A DNA stretch of 64,000 nucleotides from positions 2,443 to 66,442 of the forward strand of contig BLSG01000394.1 of the NCBI GenBank assembly GCA_012862495.1. The letters run 5' to 3'. Below the pieces are notes generated by a model. That model saw only the letters and a list, made by a program, of their open reading frames with translations, did not search any database and had not been told where the DNA came from. The position numbers and the translations under genes were made by a program. The DNA is from Thraustochytrium aureum. Its lineage: Eukaryota. Of this stretch, positions 1 to 11,442 are shown in pieces. The first letter of the stretch is position 1, and each line of letters starts with the position of its first letter.

Positions 1-651
1 TACGTAATTCGAGCGATGCACATCGAGCTGGTGAAGCCGATCTTCCAACAAGGATACCACGTCAAGCTTGACGGGGTGGAACTAGACATCGCCAGCTCGG
101 TGCAGTATCCGTGGTGCCAGAGGTCGAGATACCACCCGGGCAAATGGTTTGTGCTGCCAGAATCTCTATATGGGGCGCGTACGCTCTCAATCTGCACGGT
201 CCTCAGCAAAGAGAAAGAACGGAAAATGGGGCTTGCTGCGATTCAGTTCCTTGGGTACCGCGCTTCCCAAGAAAACGGCTTGAAGGATTGATCACGGAGG
301 TCTACAAAGCGCTCGCCGCTGCAGCGAGGCCTCCGCTCCGCATCTGGCCGGCTTGAGAGACTATGCAAGGCTCATGTTCCTGACAAGAGTATGTAGCTCT
401 GGCGCCGCTGGAAGAAAAAAGACCGACCGAGACATCGGCCACGAGTTTGCTGACTGGACAAACCACAGGTAAACGCCCTCTGCATCCAACCCATCTCTAA
501 TCCACAAGGGACTGATTGTTTTTACGTGACTGCACCTTGGAAGTTCACTCTCTGCCAGTGTAGAGGGGTGCCATCTGGTCAAGTGGGATGAGGGCGAGTT
601 CCAGTCAAAGTCTGGGAGTCTCTAGCCTGATTTTTTGATTGGAAAAGAGTT

Positions 652-737
652 TCGTGGGTCGATAACATCGATCGAGCGTCGTGGGTCGATAGCATCGAGC
701 GTCGTGGGTCGATAAAATCGATCATCGAGCGTGGGTC
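652..737. repeat. Short tandem repeat, ~23-27 bp unit with core TCGTGGGTCGATA, 3 full copies plus 1 partial
   Basis: Core starts at 652, 679 and 702; a partial GTGGGTC follows at 731; copies are linked by ATCGAGCG. Confidence 0.85.
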
Positions 738-787
738 TTACTGCCGCGCTTGGCGCCGATCTTGAGCTCGCAGCTGCTCACGGCCAG

Positions 788-1811
788 TCAGAGCTTGGCG
801 AGCTCAGCCTCCACCTGACACGACCCAGAAAACGATGCTGATGCTGCGTCCATTGCAAAGGCAACCGGCACCGGCGCAGATGCGCCGTCCTGCCAGGCCG
901 TGTTCGCGGAGGCATCCAGCGCGGTAACGACCGCCGAGAAGGCGGCGAGCCGGACCGAGATTTGCGAATGGAGCTTCCACTTGGCGGCCACCGAGATGTT
1001 TTGCAGGTGGATGCGATAAGGCCACGACAGGAACAAGAGCGTGCATAGCGTGTAGCACCCCCAATTGACGTACCACGGCATGTGGTCGCGGTTGAAGAGA
1101 AATACGTGCTTGCGAAACGTGTCGTAAACCGTCCTCTCGGTAAAGTCGTGGTGCGTGTCCCTGAATTTGTGCTGGTTTACAAAGTCGGTGCGCTGCCGCG
1201 CAAAGCTCTGCACGGTCTCCTGGTCGGCAAGGTCCACTTGCGGGACGACGGTGACCATGACGCCTGCGCAGCCCTCGTCGATGTCGCAGAGCGAGGGCCC
1301 CGGCCCACTCAAGTCGAGCCACGATTCGTACCGCTTCTCGGCCTGCGCGGTGTAGCTGACCACCTTCTCCGTGTACGTTTCGAGGCGCTGCCTCGTTCGC
1401 GTCTTGCCGTCCTCCGTGTATGTCTCGGTGACCCATCGCGTCCGTGTCTCATAGTGGTAGCACGAGATGTCCATGAGGAAGCGCGGCCTACACTGGCGCA
1501 TTTGGTCGAAAAGCTCCTCCTCGCCGTCCCGCGAGCCGCCCCCGCGCATGTTGCATAGAAACCTCAGCGTGCCGCTGCAGCACAGCGGGACCACGAGGCC
1601 CTCGATCACCATCAGGCCGTACAGCACGCAAAAGGCGATGAGCGCAGGGTCTGCCTGGCCGTCCTCGGCCCCGCTCGAACCGAGCCCGCCCAAGAAGGCG
1701 ACCAGTGCGCACGCTGCGCCGACGGACAGCAGCAGGCACGGGATGTGGGCGTGATTCAGCCGCCTGTACAGCGGAACGCCCGGAGCCCACACCGAGCTGG
1801 CAAGCGGTACG
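788..1811 (-). CDS. TMEM151: TMEM151-family membrane protein (5' end lost in N gap)
   Basis: Two N-terminal hydrophobic helices, then SCYHYETRTRWVTETYT...ETYTEKVVSY, and a C-terminal PWYVNW...LFLSWPYRI segment, matching the recalled TMEM151 pattern. The frame is open into the gap at 1812. Confidence 0.7.
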
Positions 1812-2588
1812 NNNNNNNNNNNNNNNNNNNNNNNNNNNNNNNNNNNNNNNNNNNNNNNNNNNNNNNNNNNNNNNNNNNNNNNNNNNNNNNNNNNNNNNNN
1901 NNNNNNNNNNNNNNNNNNNNNNNNNNNNNNNNNNNNNNNNNNNNNNNNNNNNNNNNNNNNNNNNNNNNNNNNNNNNNNNNNNNNNNNNNNNNNNNNNNNN
2001 NNNNNNNNNNNNNNNNNNNNNNNNNNNNNNNNNNNNNNNNNNNNNNNNNNNNNNNNNNNNNNNNNNNNNNNNNNNNNNNNNNNNNNNNNNNNNNNNNNNN
2101 NNNNNNNNNNNNNNNNNNNNNNNNNNNNNNNNNNNNNNNNNNNNNNNNNNNNNNNNNNNNNNNNNNNNNNNNNNNNNNNNNNNNNNNNNNNNNNNNNNNN
2201 NNNNNNNNNNNNNNNNNNNNNNNNNNNNNNNNNNNNNNNNNNNNNNNNNNNNNNNNNNNNNNNNNNNNNNNNNNNNNNNNNNNNNNNNNNNNNNNNNNNN
2301 NNNNNNNNNNNNNNNNNNNNNNNNNNNNNNNNNNNNNNNNNNNNNNNNNNNNNNNNNNNNNNNNNNNNNNNNNNNNNNNNNNNNNNNNNNNNNNNNNNNN
2401 NNNNNNNNNNNNNNNNNNNNNNNNNNNNNNNNNNNNNNNNNNNNNNNNNNNNNNNNNNNNNNNNNNNNNNNNNNNNNNNNNNNNNNNNNNNNNNNNNNNN
2501 NNNNNNNNNNNNNNNNNNNNNNNNNNNNNNNNNNNNNNNNNNNNNNNNNNNNNNNNNNNNNNNNNNNNNNNNNNNNNNNNNNNNNNNN

Positions 2589-4687
2589 GTTCGGCCCCGG
2601 GGAATGGGGCCGCTGTTGGGCCTGGAGATGGACTCACCGTCGGCCCCGGGGATGGGGCCAGTGTCGCGCGAACAGAGGGTGCCGGCGTCGGGCTAACAGA
2701 GGGTGCCAGAGTCGGGCTCAAAGTTCTTGTCACGGTCGGGCTTGTTGAAGGAGCAGTCGTCGGGTTCAGCGATAGGCCCAGAGTCGGGCGCACGGTTGCC
2801 GTCGCAGTCGGGCTTCGAGTCGGTGACCGCGTCGGGGCGCTCGTCGGCTGCAGGGTCGGCGCCACCGACTTTGTTGGGGCGCTCGTTGGCTCACTCGTAA
2901 GCACAGTTCCGGACGGGCAAACTTGGGGCGAGGGCAAGGAGTGCATCTGCCACATTGAACTGATCATTGGCCTCACCCTCCGCCGCCTCGATCTGAGCTA
3001 CGAGCTGGTCTTGGCAGTTGGGAAAGGCCTCGCTCGCTCTGGCCGGGTTGCCGCACTCGAGGAGAGGAAATTCCAGGCGGATACCGCTGGAAGCTGTGGC
3101 ATGCAGCGCACAGCATCCATCGACACAAACCCACTCTGCCAACGACGGCTCTACCTCCGTCGTGATGGCGCAAAAGTCAAGCGAGAGCTGGACCCCCACG
3201 AGGCGGCAGATACCCTGGGGGATGGTAGGCGGCGGCGTTGACGGCGTTGGCGGCGTCTGCGCCCCCTCCGTGTCCGATTGGCCACTGGAGAGCATCAAAG
3301 CCGCGACGGCGGCACCGGCGAGAACTGCGACAACCGCAAAGCATATCAGGATGACCATTGACCTGGAAAAGGCGCACCCGCATGGCGACACGCACAGCGG
3401 CGCATTCCCCGGACCACTCGAGTCGCCCGTTTCAACTTTAATCTCCACGTGATCCTGTTGGCCGTCCTCAGGGCCGTCCTCAGGGCCGCCCGCTTCGCCG
3501 TTGCCGAGCGAGTCTGCGCTGGGCAGAAAGCTCTTGGACTGGGCGACTTGAACGGAAACGGAGCCTGCAAGGGCCGCGCCGATGTCGATTTCGCTGGACG
3601 AGGCGCCGTCCGCGACACCGACGTCGTCAAAGGAGGCGTTCTCGGGGGCTTGAGGCTGGTCAGGCTCTCGCGCGACGGACGTGTTGAGCAGCGCCTCCTC
3701 GGCCTCCGGCCCAGACGACTCTTTCGAGTTGCCCAGGCCGGTGAACATGGATATGTCGAAGGGCTCGTTCGCGCCGATGCGCTCAGCGTCGTGTTTGAGC
3801 GGCCAGCACTTTCGGAGAAAGCTGTCGCGCACGTGGCGCGCAGTGGGCCGCGCGGCACGCTCCTGGGACCAGCAGGCCTGGACGAGGTTCTTGACCCAGG
3901 TGGGAATTGTGGGGAGAACGTCGGTGAGGGAGGGGCGGCCGCCGTGCAACGTGTTGTGGAGGATGTTGAGTTGGCGCTCGTTGGCCCACGGCTTGGTGCG
4001 CGTTATGAGCTCGCAGAGCACAACCCCGACCGCGTAGATGTCGCTCTTGGTGCTGAGGCGCGCGGGCGTTGCGCACTGTTCAGGGGCCATGTAGGCCGGG
4101 CTCCCGCCCGGGTTGTGGTCGATGATTGAGGTCGTCGAGGCCTTGCTTACCGTGTATGTGCTGAGCCCAAAGTCGCAGAGCTTGACCTGCTCGACGGCGC
4201 CGGTGGACCTGCTGCGGTTGACCAAAATGTTTTGCGGCTTGACGTCGCAGTGCGCGATACCCTGCTTGTGCAAGTAGGCCAGTCCGGAGGCGACCCCGAC
4301 CGCAATCTGGCTCACAAAGTCATAGTCGACTGTCAACTCTTGGCCCTCGCCCTTGCCAGAGCCGTATAGCAGGCGGTCGAGGCTCATGTCGCACAGCTCC
4401 ATGACGAAGCAGGCTCGGCCGTCGTTGACGTCCATGCACGAGCCCAAAAGGCGCACGACGTTTGGGTGGTCCAAGCGCCGCCACCGAGCTAGTTCGGCGG
4501 AGATCTGCACCATGACGTCGAGCGAGAGGGGCTCCCCAGTGCGCACGTTGAGCGTTTTCACGGCAACGTCCTGGCCGCGGAATCGCGCCGCGTTGACGCT
4601 GCCGAAGCCGCCGCTGCCGATCACCTTGCCCATTTCGAGCTCATCGTAGCTAACCATGTTGCCGCCGCGCTGCGAGCGCCGCCGCAT
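2589..4687 (-). CDS. TKL-group protein kinase with downstream TM helix, Cys-containing region and Pro/Thr/Ser-rich stalk (one frameshift near 2925; 3' end in gap)
   Basis: Kinase motifs IGSGGFGSV, VAVK, HCDVKPQNILV, DFG, GSPAYMAPE and DIYAVG; TM MVILICFAVVAVLAGAAVAALML. Adding one base to the GGGG run at 2925-2928 joins ...LLALAP to QVCPSGTVLTSEPTSAPT... Confidence 0.85.
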
Positions 4688-5253
4688 GGNNNNNNNNNNN
4701 NNNNNNNNNNNNNNNNNNNNNNNNNNNNNNNNNNNNNNNNNNNNNNNNNNNNNNNNNNNNNNNNNNNNNNNNNNNNNNNNNNNNNNNNNNNNNNNNNNNN
4801 NNNNNNNNNNNNNNNNNNNNNNNNNNNNNNNNNNNNNNNNNNNNNNNNNNNNNNNNNNNNNNNNNNNNNNNNNNNNNNNNNNNNNNNNNNNNNNNNNNNN
4901 NNNNNNNNNNNNNNNNNNNNNNNNNNNNNNNNNNNNNNNNNNNNNNNNNNNNNNNNNNNNNNNNNNNNNNNNNNNNNNNNNNNNNNNNNNNNNNNNNNNN
5001 NNNNNNNNNNNNNNNNNNNNNNNNNNNNNNNNNNNNNNNNNNNNNNAACCAGACCGGGCGCCGCGAGCCGAGCACAGCCGCGCGCCCACCTGCCGCGCTG
5101 CGTTCCCGCCCGCCTTCCTTCCGCGCTGCGTGCCCGCTCGCCCGCCCGCCTTCCTGCCTCGCTGCGTGCCTGCCCGCTCGATGCGTGTCTGCTCGCTCGC
5201 CTGCCTGCTTGATCGCTGCTGACTTGCCTGGTCATTCAATCGATTACGGCGGA

Positions 5254-5640
5254 ATTCGAGTGGCTCCCTCACGTTTCCGCTATTCGAGTGGCCTCGCTGG
5301 CTCGACGAGGAATTCGAGTGGCCAGTGGGAGCCCGGGCCCACGTCGATACAATAGGAAGTGCGCTAGGCGGTAATCCAAGTGACTACTGTGCGCCGGACT
5401 CGCACGTGATGGGATTCAAGTGAGCCTTAAGAGGGGAGACCTGTCGCCGCCTCATGGATTGATTTTGGTAGTAATTCAAGTGACCTTTGCGAGCGCGACG
5501 GAATTCGAGTGGGACTGTGAGCAGGGCGTGTGGAGAGCAGCGTGAGCCGACAGGAGGCGAGGCAGGGAATTCAAGTGACAACTGCCCGAGCACTGTGGGG
5601 TCTGCCACGTGATCGCGTGCGGAGGAGCTGGATCCGAGTG
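5254..5640 (+). promoter_or_regulatory. Array of nine same-orientation ATYCRAGTG motifs with unique spacers (putative cis-regulatory cluster)
   Basis: Motif starts at 5254, 5282, 5312, 5374, 5414, 5474, 5503, 5569 and 5632. It lies in the divergent intergenic region between the kinase and the acyl-CoA synthetase. The array is seen directly; its function is inferred. Confidence 0.55.
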
Positions 5641-6714
5641 GGAGAAGGTCATGAGGAGAGGTAGACGCCCGCAGAGCTGTTCTGATGTTCGCCGCAAGCC
5701 AGCAACTTGCTTGAACCTCAATAGCGTACTACGGACCGTCAGGAGCCGCGCCTGTTGCGACGCAGGCTTGGCGGATCTGGCGTGCGCGGCTGATGTGAAA
5801 CCATTGACGCCTCCGGCGACATCGTCCACGCGAACTGCGAACCGCGGCAGCTCCTGCTTGTGGAGGTGAGCAGAGCATGCCGGTTCATCCCTGACCCAGC
5901 GCGCGAGGTCGGTGAAATCGAGCGTCCATTCGAGCGTCCATCCCAGGTCCGCCTCGTGGCGCTGCGACCAAGCGACCAAGCGACCAAGCTTGCTTCGGCC
6001 CTGGCTGGATTGGCACGCGACATGGCGGGTGCAAGAGCCTCCGTCGCGAGAGGCAAGCGGAGTTATTCTTGTCATCCTCCTTTTTGGTAGGCCCTTCTCC
6101 CTTGTTTGTTTGTGGACCGTGGGCGGAAATACCTTCTCGAGCTGGAGAACGTCGCGGGGGCTCCGGTCATGGTTTTCTGCTGGTCTGCCGGCGGCCGCAG
6201 TTGCTGCTCAGCAGCCAGCCGATCGCGATTTTACGATTTCGGCAAGCGTCAAGAGGTCATCATTGTCCTTGGCCATCAGTGGGCCGCCTCCTTCATCCAT
6301 CGGTGGCTCGAAGGAACGAAGGAGGCAGTGCCTGGATTGTCGGTCGATCCAGGCGGGATTCTTGTCAACTTGCATGATGATCCCACACATAGGAGCAGTT
6401 GCGGAGGTGTGCATCGACAATCCACGCTGCTCGCTCGTGCTCGTGCTCGCAGCGAGGCTTGCACAGGGGGCGTGTGAGGCGGCCGGCAGGCGCGCTGGCT
6501 GAGCTTGCGCTTTTGCGCATGGTTTTCGCGCGGTGCTTTGCGCTTTGTTTCGTTTCCTGGCAAAGACCTCACACGCTGCGCTCTGGGCCGGCCTACGAGC
6601 CGTACCAGTACATACATAGAACGCGACAGCAGTGGCACAGACTCGGGAGCTCGAGAGGGCCCGTCGCGCGAGGTGGCAGCGGTCTGCATGCAGTTTGCCT
6701 CTGACGAGAAGAGG

Positions 6715-6751
6715 CGCGACTCGCGACTCGCGACTCGCGACTCGCGACTCG
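6715..6751. repeat. (GCGACTC)n heptamer tandem repeat, ~5 copies
   Basis: cgcgactcgcgactcgcgactcgcgactcgcgactcg read directly. Confidence 0.9.
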
Positions 6752-7652
6752 TGAGCACAAACCAGCCCAGCGACTCTGAGCAGCAGCGTGCACACTTCCT
6801 GCTTCGAGAGAGACGAAAGGAGAAAGCGCAGCGCGCTCTCTCTCTCTCGCCGAGTCTGGCTGCCGGCCAGGCGGATGGACGACTCGGACTCGGAAGGAGG
6901 TGGCGCGCGCGGCCTTCTGCGCGCGGCCTCCTGCGCGAGGCACGAGGCAGCACGAGGCATACCCGCCGCCGCGAGAGAGCNNNNNNNNNNNNNNNNNNNN
7001 NNNNNNNNNNNNNNNNNNNNNNNNNNNNNNNNNNNNNNNNNNNNNNNNNNNNNNNNNNNNNNNNNNNNNNNNNNNNNNNNNNNNNNNNNNNNNNNNNNNN
7101 NNNNNNNNNNNNNNNNNNNNNNNNNNNNNNNNNNNNNNNNNNNNNNNNNNNNNNNNNNNNNNNNNNNNNNNNNNNNNNNNNNNNNNNNNNNNNNNNNNNN
7201 NNNNNNNNNNNNNNNNNNNNNNNNNNNNNNNNNNNNNNNNNNNNNNNNNNNNNNNNNNNNNNNNNNNNNNNNNNNNNNNNNNNNNNNNNNNNNNNNNNNN
7301 NNNNNNNNNNNNNNNNNNNNNNNNNNNNNNNNNNNNNNNNNNNNNNNNNNNNNNNNNNNNNNNNNNNNNNNNNNNNNNNNNNNNNNNNNNNNNNNNNNNN
7401 NNNNNNNNNNNNNNNNNNNNCGTGCTTTTTTCCCGCCTCCAAAGTGTGCTTGCAGACGAATTGCCAGGCAAGCAGAGGCAGGAGGAGGAGGGGAAACGCA
7501 TGCATGGCACATGTGGACGAGCCAACCTGGAGGAGGTTGGATCGGCGAGGCAGTCCACGCCCGACAGCAGACACCAAACCCAAGCAGACCAGCCGCCAGG
7601 ACTCGCTAGCTAGCTAGATCGTTGGGAAGAGAAAAACCAGAGCCCGGCCACC

Positions 7653-10194
7653 ATGGCGCCCAAGCCGATGACCGCCGCGCCCAAGAACAAGGCGTCGGAT
7701 GTGATCAAGTACGACCCCGAGAACGGCCCGTTCTGGACCGACGCCGCTGACGGCATCAAGAAGACCTTCTTTGCCGAGACCGGCTACGCGAGCGAGAAGG
7801 TGTCCCCGTCCAAGACCATCATCGATGTCTTCATGATGGCCGCCAAGAAGTGCCCGAACAAGATCGCCATGCGCACGGAGAACATGCCCGCGCTCAAGAA
7901 GGGCGAGAAGCCGTCCCCCGCGCTCCCGCTCAACGAGTGGAAGTCGTGGACCTGGAAGGAGTACCTCGCCGACACCCGCAAGGCGGCCAAGGCCCTGATC
8001 AAGCTCGGCCACGTCCAGCACGACGCCGTCAACGTGTTCGGGTTCAACTCGCCCGAATGGTTCATCGGCCAGATGTCTGCCATCTTTGCCGGCGGCAAGG
8101 TGGCCGGCATCTACCCCTCGGACACTGAGGACCAGGTCCAGTTCAAGTCGTACCACTCGAACGCCTCCGTCGCCCTCGTCGAGAACGAGCAGTGCCTCGA
8201 AAAGTTCGCCGCCGTCATCGACGACCTGCCCTACCTCAAGGCCATCATCTGCTGGGCCTGCGACGCCGGCGCCGACATCAAGCGCAGCGACGGCACCATG
8301 GTGCGCACGCTCTCGTTCGCCGAGTTTCTCCGCATGGGCGGCGACGTCCCGGAGACTGAGCTCGACGAGCGCATCGCCAAGATCAACCCCGGCCACTGCT
8401 GCGGCCTGATCTACACCTCGGGCACAACCGGCAAGCCCAAGGCTGTGATGATCTCGCACGACAACCTCGCGTACGAGGCCAACGCCGTGCTGCCCATGTC
8501 CTCGATCGGCACCAAGGCCGAGGAGGAGCGCCTCATTTCGTACCTGCCGCTCTCGCACGTGGCCGGTATGATGGTTGATATCATCTGCCCGGTGATCACC
8601 ACCGCCTACACCAAGGGCTGGATGTCGGCCAACTTTGCCCGCGTCTACGACTTGAAGACCGGCACGCTCGGCCAGCGCCTGACCGCCATCGAGCCGACCA
8701 TCTTCCTCGGCGTGCCGCGCGTCTGGGAGAAGATCGCCGAGAAGCTCCAGGCTGTCGGCGCCGCCACCAAGGGGCTCAAGAAGAAGCTCAGCACCACCGC
8801 CAAGAAGAAGGGCCTCGAGTTCCAGATGAACCAGCAGATCGCCGGCTCGGGCAAGGTTCCGTTCCTCTACGGCGTGTATGGCAAGCTCCTCAAGGTCATC
8901 AAGGGCAAGCTGGGACTCAGCAAGTGCAAGTTCGCCTTTGCCGGTGCTGCGCCCATGACCCGCGAGATCCTCTCGTACTTTGGCAGCCTCGGCATCAACG
9001 TCAACGAGGTGTACGGCATGTCCGAGTCCACCGGCGCGACCACCTGGAGCACTGACGCTGCTCACCAGTGGGGCACTGTCGGCTTCGAGCTCCCCGGCGC
9101 GGAGGTCAAGTGCTTCAAGGTCAACCCGGACGGGTCCAAGACCGAGTGCCCGCGTGCCAAGAACATCCTGCACCCGACCGAGGCCGAGCAGGGCGAGATC
9201 TGCTTCCGCGGCCGCCACGTCATGATGGGCTACATGAGCAACCCCAAGCTGGGCGACGACCACGTCGAGGAGATCCGCAAGAAGAACGCCGAAGCCATCG
9301 ACGAGGAGGGCTGGCTGCACTCCGGCGACAAGGGCGCCGTCTCCAAGCTCGGCATGGTCCGCATCACNNNNNNNNNNNNNNNNNNNNNNNNNNNNNNNNN
9401 NNNNNNNNNNNNNNNNNNNNNNNNNNNNNNNNNNNNNNNNNNNNNNNNNNNNNNNNNNNNNNNNNNNNNNNNNNNNNNNNNNNNNNNNNNNNNNNNNNNN
9501 NNNNNNNNNNNNNNNNNNNNNNNNNNNNNNNNNNNNNNNNNNNNNNNNNNNNNNNNNNNNNNNNNNNNNNNNNNNGGGCCGCTACAAAGAGCTCATCATC
9601 GGCGCTGGTGGCGAGAACATTGCCCCCGTCCCCATCGAGGACGAGATGAAGAAGCTCTGCCCGTTCATCTCCAACATCATGATGTACGGCGACCAGAAGA
9701 AGTTCAACATCGCTGTCGTCACCCTCAAGTGCGTGGGCGCCACCGGCGAGGCGCCTGGCACCAACGAGCTTGACGGGCCGGCCAAGATCTTTGGCAAGAC
9801 GATTGAGGAGGCTTGCAGCAACCCCAAGCTCATCGACGCCCTCACCAAGGCGTTCAAGGACACCGCCGCCAACGGCGACGTCACGCCGTCCAACGCGGCC
9901 AAGATCCAAAAGTTCACCATCCTCCCCATCGACTTCTCCGTGCAGACGGACGAGCTCACCGCCACGCTCAAGCTCAAGCGCTCGGTCGTCGCTGACAAGT
10001 ACCAGGACATCATCGACGCTTGCTACGAGTCCAAGGAGGTGTTCGTCCCGTACAGCACGGTCGGCTCGTACGACGTGAAGGGCAGCGCTGACGCGACGCC
10101 GCGCGGCTCGTTCAAGGCCGACGGCCCGCTCGACCTCGTCGATGACGAGGACGTCAAGATGATCGAGGCTGCTGGCGCTGAGGACGAGGCCTAA
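7653..10194 (+). CDS. Long-chain fatty acyl-CoA synthetase, bubblegum (ACSBG)-like
   Basis: AMP-binding motif LIYTSGTTGKPK, SYLPLSHVA, VYGMSE and GWLHSGD. The two sides of the 9368-9575 gap join to give the conserved ITGRYKELIIGAGGENIAPVPIE. Kozak-like CCACCATGG start and strong C/G third-position codon bias. Confidence 0.95.
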
Positions 10195-11442
10195 GAAACC
10201 CACCATCCCCACGGGGCCAAGCGGTCGCCACAATGTGTTCTGAACAACAACCACTTTCGTTTTTCTACTACTGCTATAAATGGCACGGCTAGAGCTAGAT
10301 CGACGAACGGGCCTCGGGCGGTCTTCTCCAGCCGAAAAGCATGATTCGCGGACGTGTACAAGTGCGCTCGCCCCCGTCGCCAGCGCCATGTTCTTGCGTT
10401 TGCAAGAGGCAAGCTTGAGACAATCGGCAACGGCAGGGTAACAAACGCGTTCGAGCTTTTGCGAAGGCGCCATAATGTTGGCACAGGCAAGCGCGAGACC
10501 AGCGAAGCGACGCAGAAGAACAGCGATAGCGCGCATTTAAAATTTAAAAAAAAAGGCAACGGCACGGCGATGCCCGCCCGCGCCAACCAGCTCGCCACGG
10601 CGCGCGACAGACGCAGCCACTCGGCCGACGCCCCGCGAAACACAACGCGCGCGAAGGAAAAACGAAGCGAAGATCCGTTCAACAAAATCAAAAAACAACA
10701 AGATGAATTCTGTTCTGAAAATCCGTTCACCAAAAAAAAAAAAAGTCGCTCAAAACCTTGCGCAAAACCCACCTTCTCCCTCACAGGGACTCGCGCTGCC
10801 CTGTGAGGAGAGCGCGTCCCCACGCCGGATCTCCGCCCCTCTCTTTCCCCCTCTCCCCTCTCTGCTCGTCAGATCCACGAAACGCCCGCCGCCCTCAGAG
10901 CCCCGCTCACACGCTCACTCTTGACTGCCGCCCCCCGTTCTCCTCACGGCCCGCTGAACCCCAAAAGGGCACCCGCACTGTGCGCCAAGGTGCAGCTCCC
11001 ACATGAATGTCCTCTCCAGCAGGGAGGCGCGCAATTCGCAAGGAGCGCCTCACACGAAATATGCGAGGTGTGCTCGAGAGTCACACGAATTCGGAAGTAA
11101 AGTGCGCCTCTGTGAGGGCGCAGGGAGCGGGAAAGCAGCAGGCAGNNNNNNNNNNNNNNNNNNNNNNNNNNNNNNNNNNNNNNNNNNNNNNNNNNNNNNN
11201 NNNNNNNNNNNNNNNNNNNNNNNNNNNNNNNNNNNNNNNNNNNNNNNNNNNNNNNNNNNNNNNNNNNNNNNNNNNNNNNNNNNNNNNNNNNNNNNNNNNN
11301 NNNNNNNNNNNNNNNNNNNNNNNNNNNNNNNNNNNNNNNNNNNNNNNNNNNNNNNNNNNNNNNNNNNNNNNNNNNNNNNNNNNNNNNNNNNNNNNNNNNN
11401 NNNNNNNNNNNNNNNNNNNNNNNNNNNNNNNNNNNNNNNNGG

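Noticed and set aside
1705..3241. Long ORFs in the track that run through N gaps (also 6208-7617, 14300-15793, 33630-35402, 58301-59245)
   Set aside because: Their length comes from X runs, and gap sizes are unreliable.
788..4687. Fusion of the kinase-mucin protein with the TMEM151-like ORF
   Set aside because: Same strand and both open into the gap, but the 777-N gap can hold a stop and a new start; no evidence for fusion.
5254..5640. CRISPR array interpretation of the repeat-spacer pattern
   Set aside because: Repeats are only 9-12 bp and degenerate, spacing is irregular, no cas genes are present and the context is eukaryotic. Kept as a motif array instead.
7614..9320. 568-aa antisense ORF over the acyl-CoA synthetase, and similar shadow ORFs over DDB1, RCHY1 and the giant gene
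   Set aside because: Expected by-product of strong GC3 codon bias on the sense strand; no domains recognised.
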